A DNA stretch of 45,032 bases from a virus, in the IMG/VR virus record IMGVR_UViG_3300010396_000020, positions 1 through 45,032 of that record, one strand, 5' to 3'. The notes under the pieces were generated by a model that had not been told where the DNA came from, made no database searches, and was given only the letters and a program-made list of their open reading frames with translations. The translations under genes were made by a program, and so were the position numbers. Every line of letters starts with the position of its first letter. Position 1 is the stretch's first letter. Below are positions 14,577 through 22,108 of the stretch, piece after piece.

Positions 14577-15625
14577 TAATCTCTCATATCCTCATATCCC
14601 AAGAACGCTGATAAATCTTCTGGCTGTTTCTCAGGATCAGTGATTACTTGGATTTCATCCTCTGGGATTGCAGCTCGCTTGGTTGTGGTAAAGCGGCACA
14701 TATACTCTTGTGGAAAGTCAACCCTTGGATCCTTCTTCTGTCTCTCGATGTACTCCTTGGATAAGACTCCATACTTGAGGGCCTCTGTGTAATCAACCTC
14801 AATGTAATGGTAATGATTCTTCTTTGGAACTGACTTTGCATCCATGGTAATATCATAATAGAATCCTCGCTTTCCGTTTGGAGTTGATTCAAAGACTAGA
14901 TCACCAATGTCTCTGTTGGCCAAGAGTGGAGTAAGTGCCGTATAGATTGGATAGTCATCAATAGCTCCAGAGTGTGCGGCCTCGGTAAAGAAAACGGAGA
15001 TGACATCATCAAGGCCTCTGAAGCTCTGGGCCTTGCCTGACTTGCTTGCAGCTGCGCAAAAGTGTCGATGTCCATTGTAAAATTCAACCATTGGAATCGG
15101 ACTCTTGGAGTATCGCATCACTAAATCTCCATAGGCCCATTTCTTACCGTCTTTGTCAGTGACTCCATTATGGAATAATTCATCAAACCTGTCAAGAACC
15201 TCGACAGCAACATTAAGCTCGTTTCCAGCAACAATCAAAGAATCATGGCCAGCATACTTGGAAAATGTGAGTCTTGACTCTGCCCTTATCCTTCCATCAG
15301 TAAAGGCCCCCTTTCTTGTCTTGTTTACAATTACTGTATGATATTTTTCCACATCATACTCGTATTGAATCTGATAGGGAACCATTGGAACAGGCTGATT
15401 GAGGAGTCTTGATTGGGGCCATCCAATCATTCTGTTGTACTCTTGGACAGCATAGGAATATTCTTCATACGTACAAGTTTGGATGTCTGGCAACAATAAC
15501 GGATCAAGCTGGGGGAAATCTCTCACATCTGCATATCTAAGGCCCTTGTCCTCGATTACTTGGTCAACAGTCTTGGCAGTTAGTGAGCCAATCTTTCTGG
15601 GATCAAAGTTGATGAGTGATGTCAT
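14576..15625 (-). CDS. Large terminase, ATPase domain only.
   Basis: Deviant Walker A VNKTRKGAFT; Walker B-like DDVISVFFTEAAH; coupling motif FESTPNGKRGFYYD; QEYMCRF near the C-terminus. No nuclease motifs. ATGA overlap with the small terminase gene. Confidence 0.82.
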   Translation of the reverse strand: MTSLINFDPRKIGSLTAKTVDQVIEDKGLRYADVRDFPQLDPLLLPDIQTCTYEEYSYAVQEYNRMIGWPQSRLLNQPVPMVPYQIQYEYDVEKYHTVIVNKTRKGAFTDGRIRAESRLTFSKYAGHDSLIVAGNELNVAVEVLDRFDELFHNGVTDKDGKKWAYGDLVMRYSKSPIPMVEFYNGHRHFCAAASKSGKAQSFRGLDDVISVFFTEAAHSGAIDDYPIYTALTPLLANRDIGDLVFESTPNGKRGFYYDITMDAKSVPKKNHYHYIEVDYTEALKYGVLSKEYIERQKKDPRVDFPQEYMCRFTTTKRAAIPEDEIQVITDPEKQPEDLSAFLGYEDMRD

Positions 15626-16140
15626 GATGTGATTGATTGGGCCTCTACTTTCTTTTTAAGCTCTTCAATCTTGATTCCATACTTGGCAAGGATAGCCTGT
15701 TCAATCTTATCCTCAGTCAATGGCATCATATTGAGGCCAGCGATTTCTTTTGTTGTTTCCTTGTTCTCCTTGCGTAAGTTGGCTATGATACTGATAACCA
15801 TTCCAAGACTCTTGCCAGCCTTGGGAAGTAATTTGTTTAGTTTCTTGATTTCAGCGTTGTTTTCTACTATGTAACTTTCAAGATATAGAGCCAGTCCATC
15901 TCTTGCATCCTGTTCTCTCTCGATGAAATTAGTTGTGTCTCTGACTTCGGTTAGATAGATTCGTTTGTAATTTGCAATAGTCTCTCGCTTGTGGCCTGTC
16001 TCTCTTGAGATTAATGATAAGTTGAACTCTCCTTGTTTGAAATACGTATTACATTTGGCTTGGATATCTTCAGACTTGATTCCACGCTTGGCCTCTCCCC
16101 CCTTTTTCTTCTTCTGTCCGCTATTCCGGTCAGTTGGCAT
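15622..16140 (-). CDS. Small terminase subunit (putative).
   Basis: 172 aa, immediately upstream of and overlapping the TerL ATPase gene. Basic N-terminus, an HTH-like segment LSLISRETGHKRETIANY and a coiled-coil-like C-terminal half. Called mainly from position. Confidence 0.55.
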   Translation of the reverse strand: MPTDRNSGQKKKKGGEAKRGIKSEDIQAKCNTYFKQGEFNLSLISRETGHKRETIANYKRIYLTEVRDTTNFIEREQDARDGLALYLESYIVENNAEIKKLNKLLPKAGKSLGMVISIIANLRKENKETTKEIAGLNMMPLTEDKIEQAILAKYGIKIEELKKKVEAQSITS

Positions 16141-16162
16141 TATGAAAATTATAATCTTACTA

Positions 16163-16174
16163 TTTAATAAATTG
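16163..16174 (-). promoter_or_regulatory. TATA-like promoter box of the packaging operon.
   Basis: Minus strand reads CAATTTATTAAA, 22 nt before ATG 16140. Confidence 0.55.
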
Positions 16175-16268
16175 CTTGTTAAATTGAAAAAGAAGGTATC
16201 AGAAGGGCCATTCCAGAGTTGTTTATCCTATCCATAATCTTCCCCTTCAAGGCCAAAAGACTTCCTCT

Positions 16269-16286
16269 CACTATGTTTCCATAGTG
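16269..16286. other. Perfect 7-bp stem with a 4-nt loop, in the 210-bp non-coding gap upstream of the small terminase promoter.
   Basis: cactatg tttc catagtg. Confidence 0.5.
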
Positions 16287-16384
16287 TCGTTGTGTGTCAT
16301 CTGCTTGATAGAGACTGGATGGCGTTGGTTTTTTACATACCCAATATGCCTTATGGATATACTAGAATTTCACTCTTAAAAAGA

Positions 16385-16558
16385 TTAGAGAGGAATTACT
16401 GGAGTCACAGTCATCTTATACACGCCTGTTCCTTTCTTGAATCTGATAATTACCTCTGATAGATTAGTATCAATGGTAACGTCATCAAGTTTGACTCTGT
16501 CTATTCCTATGTTTGCATCCTTGAAGGTGATATTATCTCCCATGGGAATCTTCTTCAT
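16385..16558 (-). CDS. Small hypothetical protein, 57 aa.
   Basis: An internal ATG at 16558 of track ORF 16385..16660 gives MKKIPMGDNITFKDANIGIDRVKLDD... The upstream part of the track ORF overlaps the preceding gene and a T-rich tract. Confidence 0.4.
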   Translation of the reverse strand: MKKIPMGDNITFKDANIGIDRVKLDDVTIDTNLSEVIIRFKKGTGVYKMTVTPVIPL

Positions 16559-16625
16559 ACTCAGGCTAAAAAACACTATGCTTGGAGTGAGGGGATTGCC
16601 AAGGGGAGAGAGGAAAAAAAGAGTA

Positions 16626-16874
16626 TTATCCCATGAGGGTTTGAATCTCACGAAATACATTGAGGAATTTGTTGCCTCTGTCAGTTGTCTTGAACTTGCC
16701 TTCTGAGTTCATATTCAGGAAGGTTTTCTGTTGCAAGAGTGCAAGATACTGTTTGAGCTGTCCATAGGATATGTGTGCATCAAACATTATGTGAGTCTTG
16801 GAATGATAGCCGTCAGCACAGATTTCCAGTATCTCACTGATGATGTCATGTCTGCCTCTGTAATTTACATCCAT
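16626..16874 (-). CDS. Archaeal-type winged-helix DNA-binding protein (HTH_45-like).
   Basis: RGRHDIISEILEICADGYHSKTHIMFDAHISYGQLKQYLALLQQKTFL...KTTDRGNKFL fits the pattern of small archaeal wHTH regulators. A promoter box lies 22 nt upstream. Confidence 0.65.
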   Translation of the reverse strand: MDVNYRGRHDIISEILEICADGYHSKTHIMFDAHISYGQLKQYLALLQQKTFLNMNSEGKFKTTDRGNKFLNVFREIQTLMG

Positions 16875-16896
16875 AACAAAGTTCTATATTTTTAAT

Positions 16897-16908
16897 CTTA
16901 TTAACATT
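16897..16908 (-). promoter_or_regulatory. TATA-like promoter box.
   Basis: Minus strand reads AATGTTAATAAG, 22 nt before ATG 16874. Confidence 0.55.
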
Positions 16909-17007
16909 ATGAAAGAATCTGGAGTCAACTCCTTCTCTGGCCCCAGATTCCTAATGATCTAACAGACGAGATGTCTGCAAGCAAAGATATGATTGTATTT
17001 CAGCCTA

Positions 17008-17496
17008 TTAAAATTTAGGCTTGGAGAGATGCCAGTCAAAGACTCCAAATGGCATCTTGGGAACCTTCTTGGAGATTGTCTTATGATACAATTCATCTGC
17101 ATAACGAGTATATCCGCAAGTATTACAGAACCAATTATCAATTATTGCTTGATAGTTGCACTCAGAATTACAATATTTACAGCAAGTGATTGTAACATTT
17201 CTGCACTCCATTTGTTCCTCTTCAAATGATTCGATTGTGATGGGGCCATTACATGGTATAAAATTAGCTTCAAACTGGAACATACCAAACTCCTTGAATG
17301 CCTTTGGCAGAGTGAAACAGTCTGGGAACTTGTGGAAAGTCTCAAAGAAAACAGGCGAATCTTTTATCATATCTTGGTCAGATACCCTCCCCTTTTGCCT
17401 CATATTGTCTATCTTGTCAATCCAATAGTTGAAAATCTTGGTATGTTCTTCGAGAGTATGGCCAGAGGTTCCACATTCTCCACATAGTTTGATCAT
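17008..17496 (-). CDS. Cys-rich protein, 162 aa.
   Basis: Track ORF containing CGECG, CCKYCNSEC and CNTCG. Confidence 0.6.
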   Translation of the reverse strand: MIKLCGECGTSGHTLEEHTKIFNYWIDKIDNMRQKGRVSDQDMIKDSPVFFETFHKFPDCFTLPKAFKEFGMFQFEANFIPCNGPITIESFEEEQMECRNVTITCCKYCNSECNYQAIIDNWFCNTCGYTRYADELYHKTISKKVPKMPFGVFDWHLSKPKF

Positions 17497-17720
17497 GCTA
17501 CGTAATACACGACTCCACTTTCTGAGACTCGTCTATCTTGAGGGGAATGCCTTGGTATTGGGATTCTGTGAAATACTTCATTACATTTGACACATGATAA
17601 GGCTCTTGGATGACACTTACAAGGACAATTTGATTGGGTTTCTTGGTCAATGATTCCAATTTGGCTCTCTAAAGATTCATCCATTAATTCAAGTTCTGGG
17701 TTCTGTGTTACTTGTTTCAT
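17493..17720 (-). CDS. Cys-rich protein, 75 aa.
   Basis: Contains CPCKCH...CVKCNEVFH. ATGA overlaps at both ends. Confidence 0.55.
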   Translation of the reverse strand: MKQVTQNPELELMDESLESQIGIIDQETQSNCPCKCHPRALSCVKCNEVFHRIPIPRHSPQDRRVSESGVVYYVA

Positions 17721-17818
17721 GCATTATCCCAAAATTCTTTTTCAATCTCTTCCTTGGTTTTTGTCTCTGGCTTGGCTTCTCCAGCTTCCAAGTCGATCAT
17801 GTCATCTTCATAGCACAT
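17717..17818 (-). CDS. Acidic micro-protein, 33 aa.
   Basis: Hand-translated as MCYEDDMIDLEAGEAKPETKTKEEIEKEFWDNA. ATG 17818 lies 22 nt downstream of the box at 17841..17852. Confidence 0.3.
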   Translation of the reverse strand: MCYEDDMIDLEAGEAKPETKTKEEIEKEFWDNA

Positions 17819-17840
17819 GAATTATCATAAGATTATAACC

Positions 17841-17852
17841 TTAATAAGAATT
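17841..17852 (-). promoter_or_regulatory. TATA-like promoter box.
   Basis: Minus strand reads AATTCTTATTAA, 22 nt before ATG 17818. Confidence 0.5.
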
Positions 17853-17857
17853 ATGGA

Positions 17858-18190
17858 TTAAAACACTTTATTATAAATCCAGTCATACTCGATGGGATTT
17901 GCCTGATCGTCTGTTGATTCCGGTTGAGATGGATCGTAATACTCAACGATGATATTTGTTGCCTTGTCAACAGGACAGACATTCGAGTTTCCAGTTGGAG
18001 GCTCAAAGCGTATGACCTTGAACATTCTTCCAAACTGGCCCTGAATCTGGATGTAATCTCCAATGGATGGAGTGAAGAGATCAGGCGCAGCTTTCCACCA
18101 ACCAAGGAAAATGGGATCAGTTGCATTCAGGTATAATTTGTATTGGTAATTTTCATCAATCGGATGCGACTGGAGGATAAAGTTTCTCAT
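17858..18190 (-). CDS. Hypothetical protein, 110 aa.
   Basis: Track ORF in the chain. Confidence 0.6.
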   Translation of the reverse strand: MRNFILQSHPIDENYQYKLYLNATDPIFLGWWKAAPDLFTPSIGDYIQIQGQFGRMFKVIRFEPPTGNSNVCPVDKATNIIVEYYDPSQPESTDDQANPIEYDWIYNKVF

Positions 18191-18191
18191 G

Positions 18192-18503
18192 TTATCGAGT
18201 CATGGCCGGAGGCTGTTGGAAGAAGAACATCCTCTTTTCAGTTACTCGGTTCTTCCACTCATCCCAAATCTTTTGGTCAGTGTTTTCCTTAAACCAAAAA
18301 CAGGCAACATATCCATCAGTTGCAAGAACTTTGAGCCAGTCAGGAACAGATTGGAAAGGAATCGAATCACTAAGAATATAGAGAAATTCAGTCTCAAGAT
18401 GGCCGTCAACTGTATTCATATATTGCTCTTTTTTTGCAGTATCAAGAACAGTTCCAGACTCGTTGATTGCGTCATTGAACTTGGTTTCATCCCCATAGGC
18501 CAT
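18192..18503 (-). CDS. Hypothetical protein, 103 aa.
   Basis: Track ORF with ATG 18503 lying 22 nt downstream of the box at 18526..18537. Confidence 0.6.
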   Translation of the reverse strand: MAYGDETKFNDAINESGTVLDTAKKEQYMNTVDGHLETEFLYILSDSIPFQSVPDWLKVLATDGYVACFWFKENTDQKIWDEWKNRVTEKRMFFFQQPPAMTR

Positions 18504-18525
18504 ATAATACGTATTATCTTGAGAG

Positions 18526-18537
18526 ATTTAAGATTAT
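18526..18537 (-). promoter_or_regulatory. TATA-like promoter box.
   Basis: Minus strand reads ATAATCTTAAAT, 22 nt before ATG 18503. Confidence 0.55.
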
Positions 18538-18974
18538 TTGTTACTCACAACATAATCGTAAACAGCCCAATATTTGAGGCCTTTCTCTTCAATCACTTCC
18601 TGTTTAGTGGGGCCATACTTTGCAAAATTCTTCTCAACTTCCTTTTGCTTGGCTCTACGTATGATTTCAGGATCAGTCAGATTGTCAAGTATCTCATTTG
18701 TCAAGTCATCTCTCAGCCCATCACAGAGGAACCAATAATTAAAGACAAATTCCTTGTTACTAGAATCTCTAAGCTCTGGAATATTCTCCAAGATATACCT
18801 GACTTTGCCAGCCGTTCCCTCAATCTGCAATAGATATTTCTGATAGTCTGGAATGACTGGCCTTTCCTCAGTTGCAGCTTCAAAGGTTGAACAGTTACAG
18901 TGAAGATCCTTGCATACATTCATTGGATCATTGTCAGCCCCAACGTGGAAATGATGACATCTTCGACAGAGCAT
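18534..18974 (-). CDS. Hypothetical Cys/His-containing protein, 146 aa.
   Basis: The internal ATG at 18974 of track ORF 18534..19238 gives MLCRRCHHFHVGADNDPMNVCKDLHCNC... It forms a TAATG overlap with the stop of 18974..19186. The upstream part of the track ORF is antisense-frame noise. Confidence 0.55.
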   Translation of the reverse strand: MLCRRCHHFHVGADNDPMNVCKDLHCNCSTFEAATEERPVIPDYQKYLLQIEGTAGKVRYILENIPELRDSSNKEFVFNYWFLCDGLRDDLTNEILDNLTDPEIIRRAKQKEVEKNFAKYGPTKQEVIEEKGLKYWAVYDYVVSNK

Positions 18975-19186
18975 TATCTTCGAGTCCTCGTGATTGTTCC
19001 ATCCATTTGTATCATCGTCTTGTTTGGATCCAAGTGGTACTTTTCGCATATCTTGGTAAGACAGGCCTTGTAATCCTGATAGGACTGGAACCATATTGGA
19101 GATTTGAGTCCATGTTCCTTTCGTGCCATGCCACAAATGACATACCATTCCTTTAATTCTCGGAGTTCTTCTGGAGTGACTTTCAT
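18974..19186 (-). CDS. Hypothetical protein, 70 aa.
   Basis: Track ORF beginning MKVTPEELRELKEWYVICGMARKEHG... ATGA overlap upstream. Confidence 0.5.
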   Translation of the reverse strand: MKVTPEELRELKEWYVICGMARKEHGLKSPIWFQSYQDYKACLTKICEKYHLDPNKTMIQMDGTITRTRR

Positions 19187-19341
19187 CCATCCAACTCCTC
19201 TTCTTCTGGCTGTGGATCTCTACAATCACAAGTCTCAATAATACACAAGTCAGAAATCATTTCAAAGTTTGTGTGATGCCATCTCATGTTAAAGAAAACT
19301 ACTGGATGGGAACAGTTCTTGCATTTGGATTCTTGTCTCAT
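19183..19341 (-). CDS. Cys-rich micro-protein, 52 aa.
   Basis: Hand-translated as MRQESKCKNCSHPVVFFNMRWHHTNFEMISDLCIIETCDCRDPQPEEEELDG. ATGA overlaps at both ends. Confidence 0.4.
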   Translation of the reverse strand: MRQESKCKNCSHPVVFFNMRWHHTNFEMISDLCIIETCDCRDPQPEEEELDG

Positions 19342-19676
19342 GCCTTCTCCACTCTACAAATCTTTTCTCTTCGCATATAGGGAAGGACTTTCTCAACCCA
19401 CTCAGGTTCTTCATGACTCATACAATGCTCAATAGAGTTCATGTTTGATATGAGGACAGTTAGAATCTTCCTTGCCGTCTTGACTCTGTATTTGTGATTA
19501 TACTTGATAAGCAATCGACACAATCCATTCAGCCAGATTAATCCATTCTGTGAAATCATGTGGTTGTCACGATAGAAACACCAAACAGCTCTTGCGATGT
19601 CATGTGCAAATATATCCTTGAGTTCTGACTTGGCTGGATCAAACTTTACCTTGAAAACTTTTACTTCGTCAATCAA
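19338..19676 (-). CDS. Hypothetical protein, 112 aa.
   Basis: Track ORF in the chain. Confidence 0.6.
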   Translation of the reverse strand: MIDEVKVFKVKFDPAKSELKDIFAHDIARAVWCFYRDNHMISQNGLIWLNGLCRLLIKYNHKYRVKTARKILTVLISNMNSIEHCMSHEEPEWVEKVLPYMRREKICRVEKA

Positions 19677-19807
19677 ATCTCATACCTCACTTTTAATATT
19701 CTCTCTTTGATTACTAGAAACTCACTCACAGAACATTCGATAAAAAGTCCATTCCTCTCGTGATAGTGAGCATATTGAATCTGGGAAGGTTCGAGTTTGC
19801 GTTTCAT
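19673..19807 (-). CDS. Small hypothetical protein, 44 aa.
   Basis: The internal ATG at 19807 forms an ATGA overlap with the upstream stop. Confidence 0.35.
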   Translation of the reverse strand: MKRKLEPSQIQYAHYHERNGLFIECSVSEFLVIKERILKVRYEI

Positions 19808-20106
19808 ACTGGCTTCCAAGCTGCAAAGACTGATAGCTTGGCCCCACAAGGACAGTTTTTTCCACATCCATTGAATGACCAAATGTAAATCATAATTTCA
19901 TTATCACAGAAAGGACATTTGATATAGCAAGTTGATCTCCCATGTTCTCCAGAATATCCATAACCGAGCTCCATGTAACGAATCTCACATTTTACAACTT
20001 TCTTTTTGCTAATCTCAATCATGGCATAGATTTTATCTTTGACTTGATACCAATTAGTGGGTTCCATAACTTGAGGAAGCTCGTCACATTTTATCATTTT
20101 ACGCAT
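19804..20106 (-). CDS. Zn-binding-like protein, 100 aa.
   Basis: Contains CPFCDNE...CGKNCPCG. The likely start is ATG 20106 (MRKMIKCDEL); the track start at 20154 overlaps the upstream zinc-ribbon ORF. Confidence 0.55.
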   Translation of the reverse strand: MRKMIKCDELPQVMEPTNWYQVKDKIYAMIEISKKKVVKCEIRYMELGYGYSGEHGRSTCYIKCPFCDNEIMIYIWSFNGCGKNCPCGAKLSVFAAWKPV

Positions 20107-20272
20107 TTTGAGCCTCCTTCTTTCTCTCCTCATATCTGACTCTGGCTCTGGCAAGCTGATCCTGATGCTTGCATTCAGGACAGCGTTTGGGAAGTGGCCC
20201 TCCTCTAAAGTTGAGGTTATCCATCAGTTTTCCACAGCCAGCACAAAACCACTGAGTAACTTGGAAATTCAT
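20099..20272 (-). CDS. Zinc-ribbon micro-protein, 57 aa.
   Basis: Hand-translated as MNFQVTQWFCAGCGKLMDNLNFRGGPLPKRCPECKHQDQLARARVRYEERKKEAQNA. ATGA overlap upstream. Confidence 0.5.
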   Translation of the reverse strand: MNFQVTQWFCAGCGKLMDNLNFRGGPLPKRCPECKHQDQLARARVRYEERKKEAQNA

Positions 20273-20616
20273 TGCTTTCTTGACTCCTTACAATATTGGA
20301 TATCATGTTCATCCCATAGATCCGCTTTTTTTCTGAGTTCTTTTTTCTCTTCAACATGAATATCAATTAATTCTCTGAGATTTTGTATTACCTTCTCTAG
20401 TTTTTGGTTTGCTTCTTGTAAAGTATAATATTTCCCAAGAACTTGATAAAATGGTTCACCAAATGCTAATTTGAGATTTTTCATTTCTTCAAGTGCCTTC
20501 TGACCATCAAGAATTTGTTGTTTGAAATTTCCTTTGATAATTGTTACATCATCGTAAGGAAATACAGTTTCTCCATATCTTCCTTCAATTTCAACAATAT
20601 CATTATCTATTATCAT
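20269..20616 (-). CDS. Coiled-coil-like protein, 115 aa.
   Basis: Track ORF, charged and heptad-like in its C-terminal half. Confidence 0.6.
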   Translation of the reverse strand: MIIDNDIVEIEGRYGETVFPYDDVTIIKGNFKQQILDGQKALEEMKNLKLAFGEPFYQVLGKYYTLQEANQKLEKVIQNLRELIDIHVEEKKELRKKADLWDEHDIQYCKESRKQ

Positions 20617-20759
20617 GGATAATTCACCTTTTTGTCTGCCAAGTCAATTATGATATCCCTGTCAATAGATGGGGCAATCGTTATGACAAGGCCCTTCTTT
20701 GTTGTCTCGATTGTTACATGACCAATGAGCTTTTGGTTTAGAGTTAGACTTGGCTTCAT
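20613..20759 (-). CDS. Small hypothetical protein, 48 aa.
   Basis: Hand-translated as MKPSLTLNQKLIGHVTIETTKKGLVITIAPSIDRDIIIDLADKKVNYP. ATGA overlaps at both ends. Confidence 0.4.
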   Translation of the reverse strand: MKPSLTLNQKLIGHVTIETTKKGLVITIAPSIDRDIIIDLADKKVNYP

Positions 20760-21067
20760 ATTTTTCTCATCTCAAAACTATGCTTTCCTTGATGACCTTG
20801 GAGAAATTGGCATTGGACACAGATCATCTTCGAGTTTAAATCTGACACTATCTGACATTGTTTCATATCTTTGTTTAGCTGATAGTAGCCTCGAACAATT
20901 AACGTGATGAATCCCTCTTTATTGAGCTCTTGGCAAATTCTTTTTGATGCCCCAGAGAGAACTCCAGTTGTGAGGGCCACAGTTGCCGGACTGAAAACAA
21001 CTTTTGGATTGTTTCTAAATGCCTCTCTGATCATCTCCTTCTTGGTTTTCTGTCCAAGGTAAGTCAT
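20756..21067 (-). CDS. Putative winged-helix DNA-binding protein, 103 aa.
   Basis: FSPATVALTTGVLSGASKRICQELNKEGFITLIVRGYYQL resembles an HTH followed by a wing. Weak call. Confidence 0.45.
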   Translation of the reverse strand: MTYLGQKTKKEMIREAFRNNPKVVFSPATVALTTGVLSGASKRICQELNKEGFITLIVRGYYQLNKDMKQCQIVSDLNSKMICVQCQFLQGHQGKHSFEMRKI

Positions 21068-21207
21068 TCCGGTTCCTCCTCAGATACGATTTCATAGGGA
21101 ATGTCCTCCATGAGTTCCTTTAGGAATCGTCTTGCATTCTCAAGACTTCCCATGATAGACAGAGTGGCTGATGGATTTGTTGGAGTTCTGTAAGTGATGA
21201 TAGCCAT
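21064..21207 (-). CDS. Small acidic-tailed protein, 47 aa.
   Basis: An internal ATG at 21207 lies 1 nt after the upstream stop. Confidence 0.35.
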   Translation of the reverse strand: MAIITYRTPTNPSATLSIMGSLENARRFLKELMEDIPYEIVSEEEPE

Positions 21208-21208
21208 A

Positions 21209-22108
21209 TCAGTCCTCATTCTCCGGATGCTTCTTGGCATAATCCTTGGCAAACTTTTCCAAGGCTCGTTTCTCTGCATTCTCTCGTTCAACTATGTCTT
21301 GGAATTTATCCATATCAAGCAAGTTCTGGATATTGCTTGTGACAAGGTTCTTCAATACCTGTGGCTTGAGTGCATCAAGTTCCCATGATTCGTCACCATG
21401 TCTGTCAGTATATCTTCCAGCCCTTGAGTCAGTCATCTTGACAGGGTTTGGAGGAGGATTATATCTTTGAATCTGTGCCATAGTCAAAGCAACTTTCTCA
21501 ACTTCGATGTCACATCCAAACTCTGTCAGTCTGTCCTTGATGTCTCTGACCATATCTTCTCCAGATGGATCATGATCACCAAAGTAAAGTATCGTGCAAC
21601 TCTTGTCATCCTGTTCATCCATGATTCGAAGAGCTGCGTCATGCATGGCACTAACTGAGGAATATCCCTTGTTTACCATTAGATGGACATGATATTCTTG
21701 GGTGATTGGAAGCAAGACTCCAGAGAGTGCATCCTTCTCAACCCAAACCTCAACGTAATTGTCTTGACCTTGCCATCTGTTTCGTCTGTATGAGTATAAC
21801 GCTGACTTTACAATATCTTGGATTCCATCCCATGAGCTCGGAATCTTTGGAACTCTGACTCTGTCCTCAATGATGTTCCAGTCAACTTGGCCGCACATTC
21901 TGGCATCGGCAAGCATCTTTCCAATCTTCTTATAAGATAACATAGTATTTGGGATGATATCTTGAGAGACAAGCTGGTAATACAACTGTCTAAGAGTTAG
22001 CTTGTAGCCTTGCTGACCATAATCTTCCACAACTCCGATTATCTGATCCAAGAGTCTTTGATTGGCTGAATTGAGTTTCTTTGGTTCTCTGTATTGTTCT
22101 GTTCCCAT
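21209..22108 (-). CDS. Stand-alone Topo VI subunit A / Spo11-like protein (winged-helix with catalytic Tyr plus Toprim; 'Mini-A'-like).
   Basis: LTLRQLYYQLVS is a CAP-type element with a YY pair. VWVEKDALSGVL carries the Toprim Glu. LYFGDHDPSGEDMVRDI carries the Toprim DxD. All three occur in the canonical order. 299 aa. Confidence 0.72.
   Translation of the reverse strand: MGTEQYREPKKLNSANQRLLDQIIGVVEDYGQQGYKLTLRQLYYQLVSQDIIPNTMLSYKKIGKMLADARMCGQVDWNIIEDRVRVPKIPSSWDGIQDIVKSALYSYRRNRWQGQDNYVEVWVEKDALSGVLLPITQEYHVHLMVNKGYSSVSAMHDAALRIMDEQDDKSCTILYFGDHDPSGEDMVRDIKDRLTEFGCDIEVEKVALTMAQIQRYNPPPNPVKMTDSRAGRYTDRHGDESWELDALKPQVLKNLVTSNIQNLLDMDKFQDIVERENAEKRALEKFAKDYAKKHPENED

Noticed and set aside
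18189-18833. Plus-strand ORFs of 100-214 aa, for example 18189..18833, 24753..25193, 38295..38675, 44304..44678 and 12573..12914.
   Set aside because: They lie antisense to well-supported minus-strand genes. They are rich in L/F/S/I as expected for shadow frames of AT-rich coding DNA, and they lack promoter boxes. Only 23126..23470 and 31301..31606 have their own intergenic promoters and do not overlap minus-strand genes.
18534-19238. A long 234-aa track ORF suggested a single gene, or a programmed frameshift with the overlapping 70-aa ORF 18974..19186.
   Set aside because: The upstream third of the long frame reads like antisense-frame noise. The 70-aa ORF has an ATGA-coupled start at 19186, and its TAA overlaps an in-frame ATG at 18974 of the long frame (TAATG). 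Three ordinary coupled genes (19183..19341, 18974..19186 and 18534..18974) explain the region without frameshifting.
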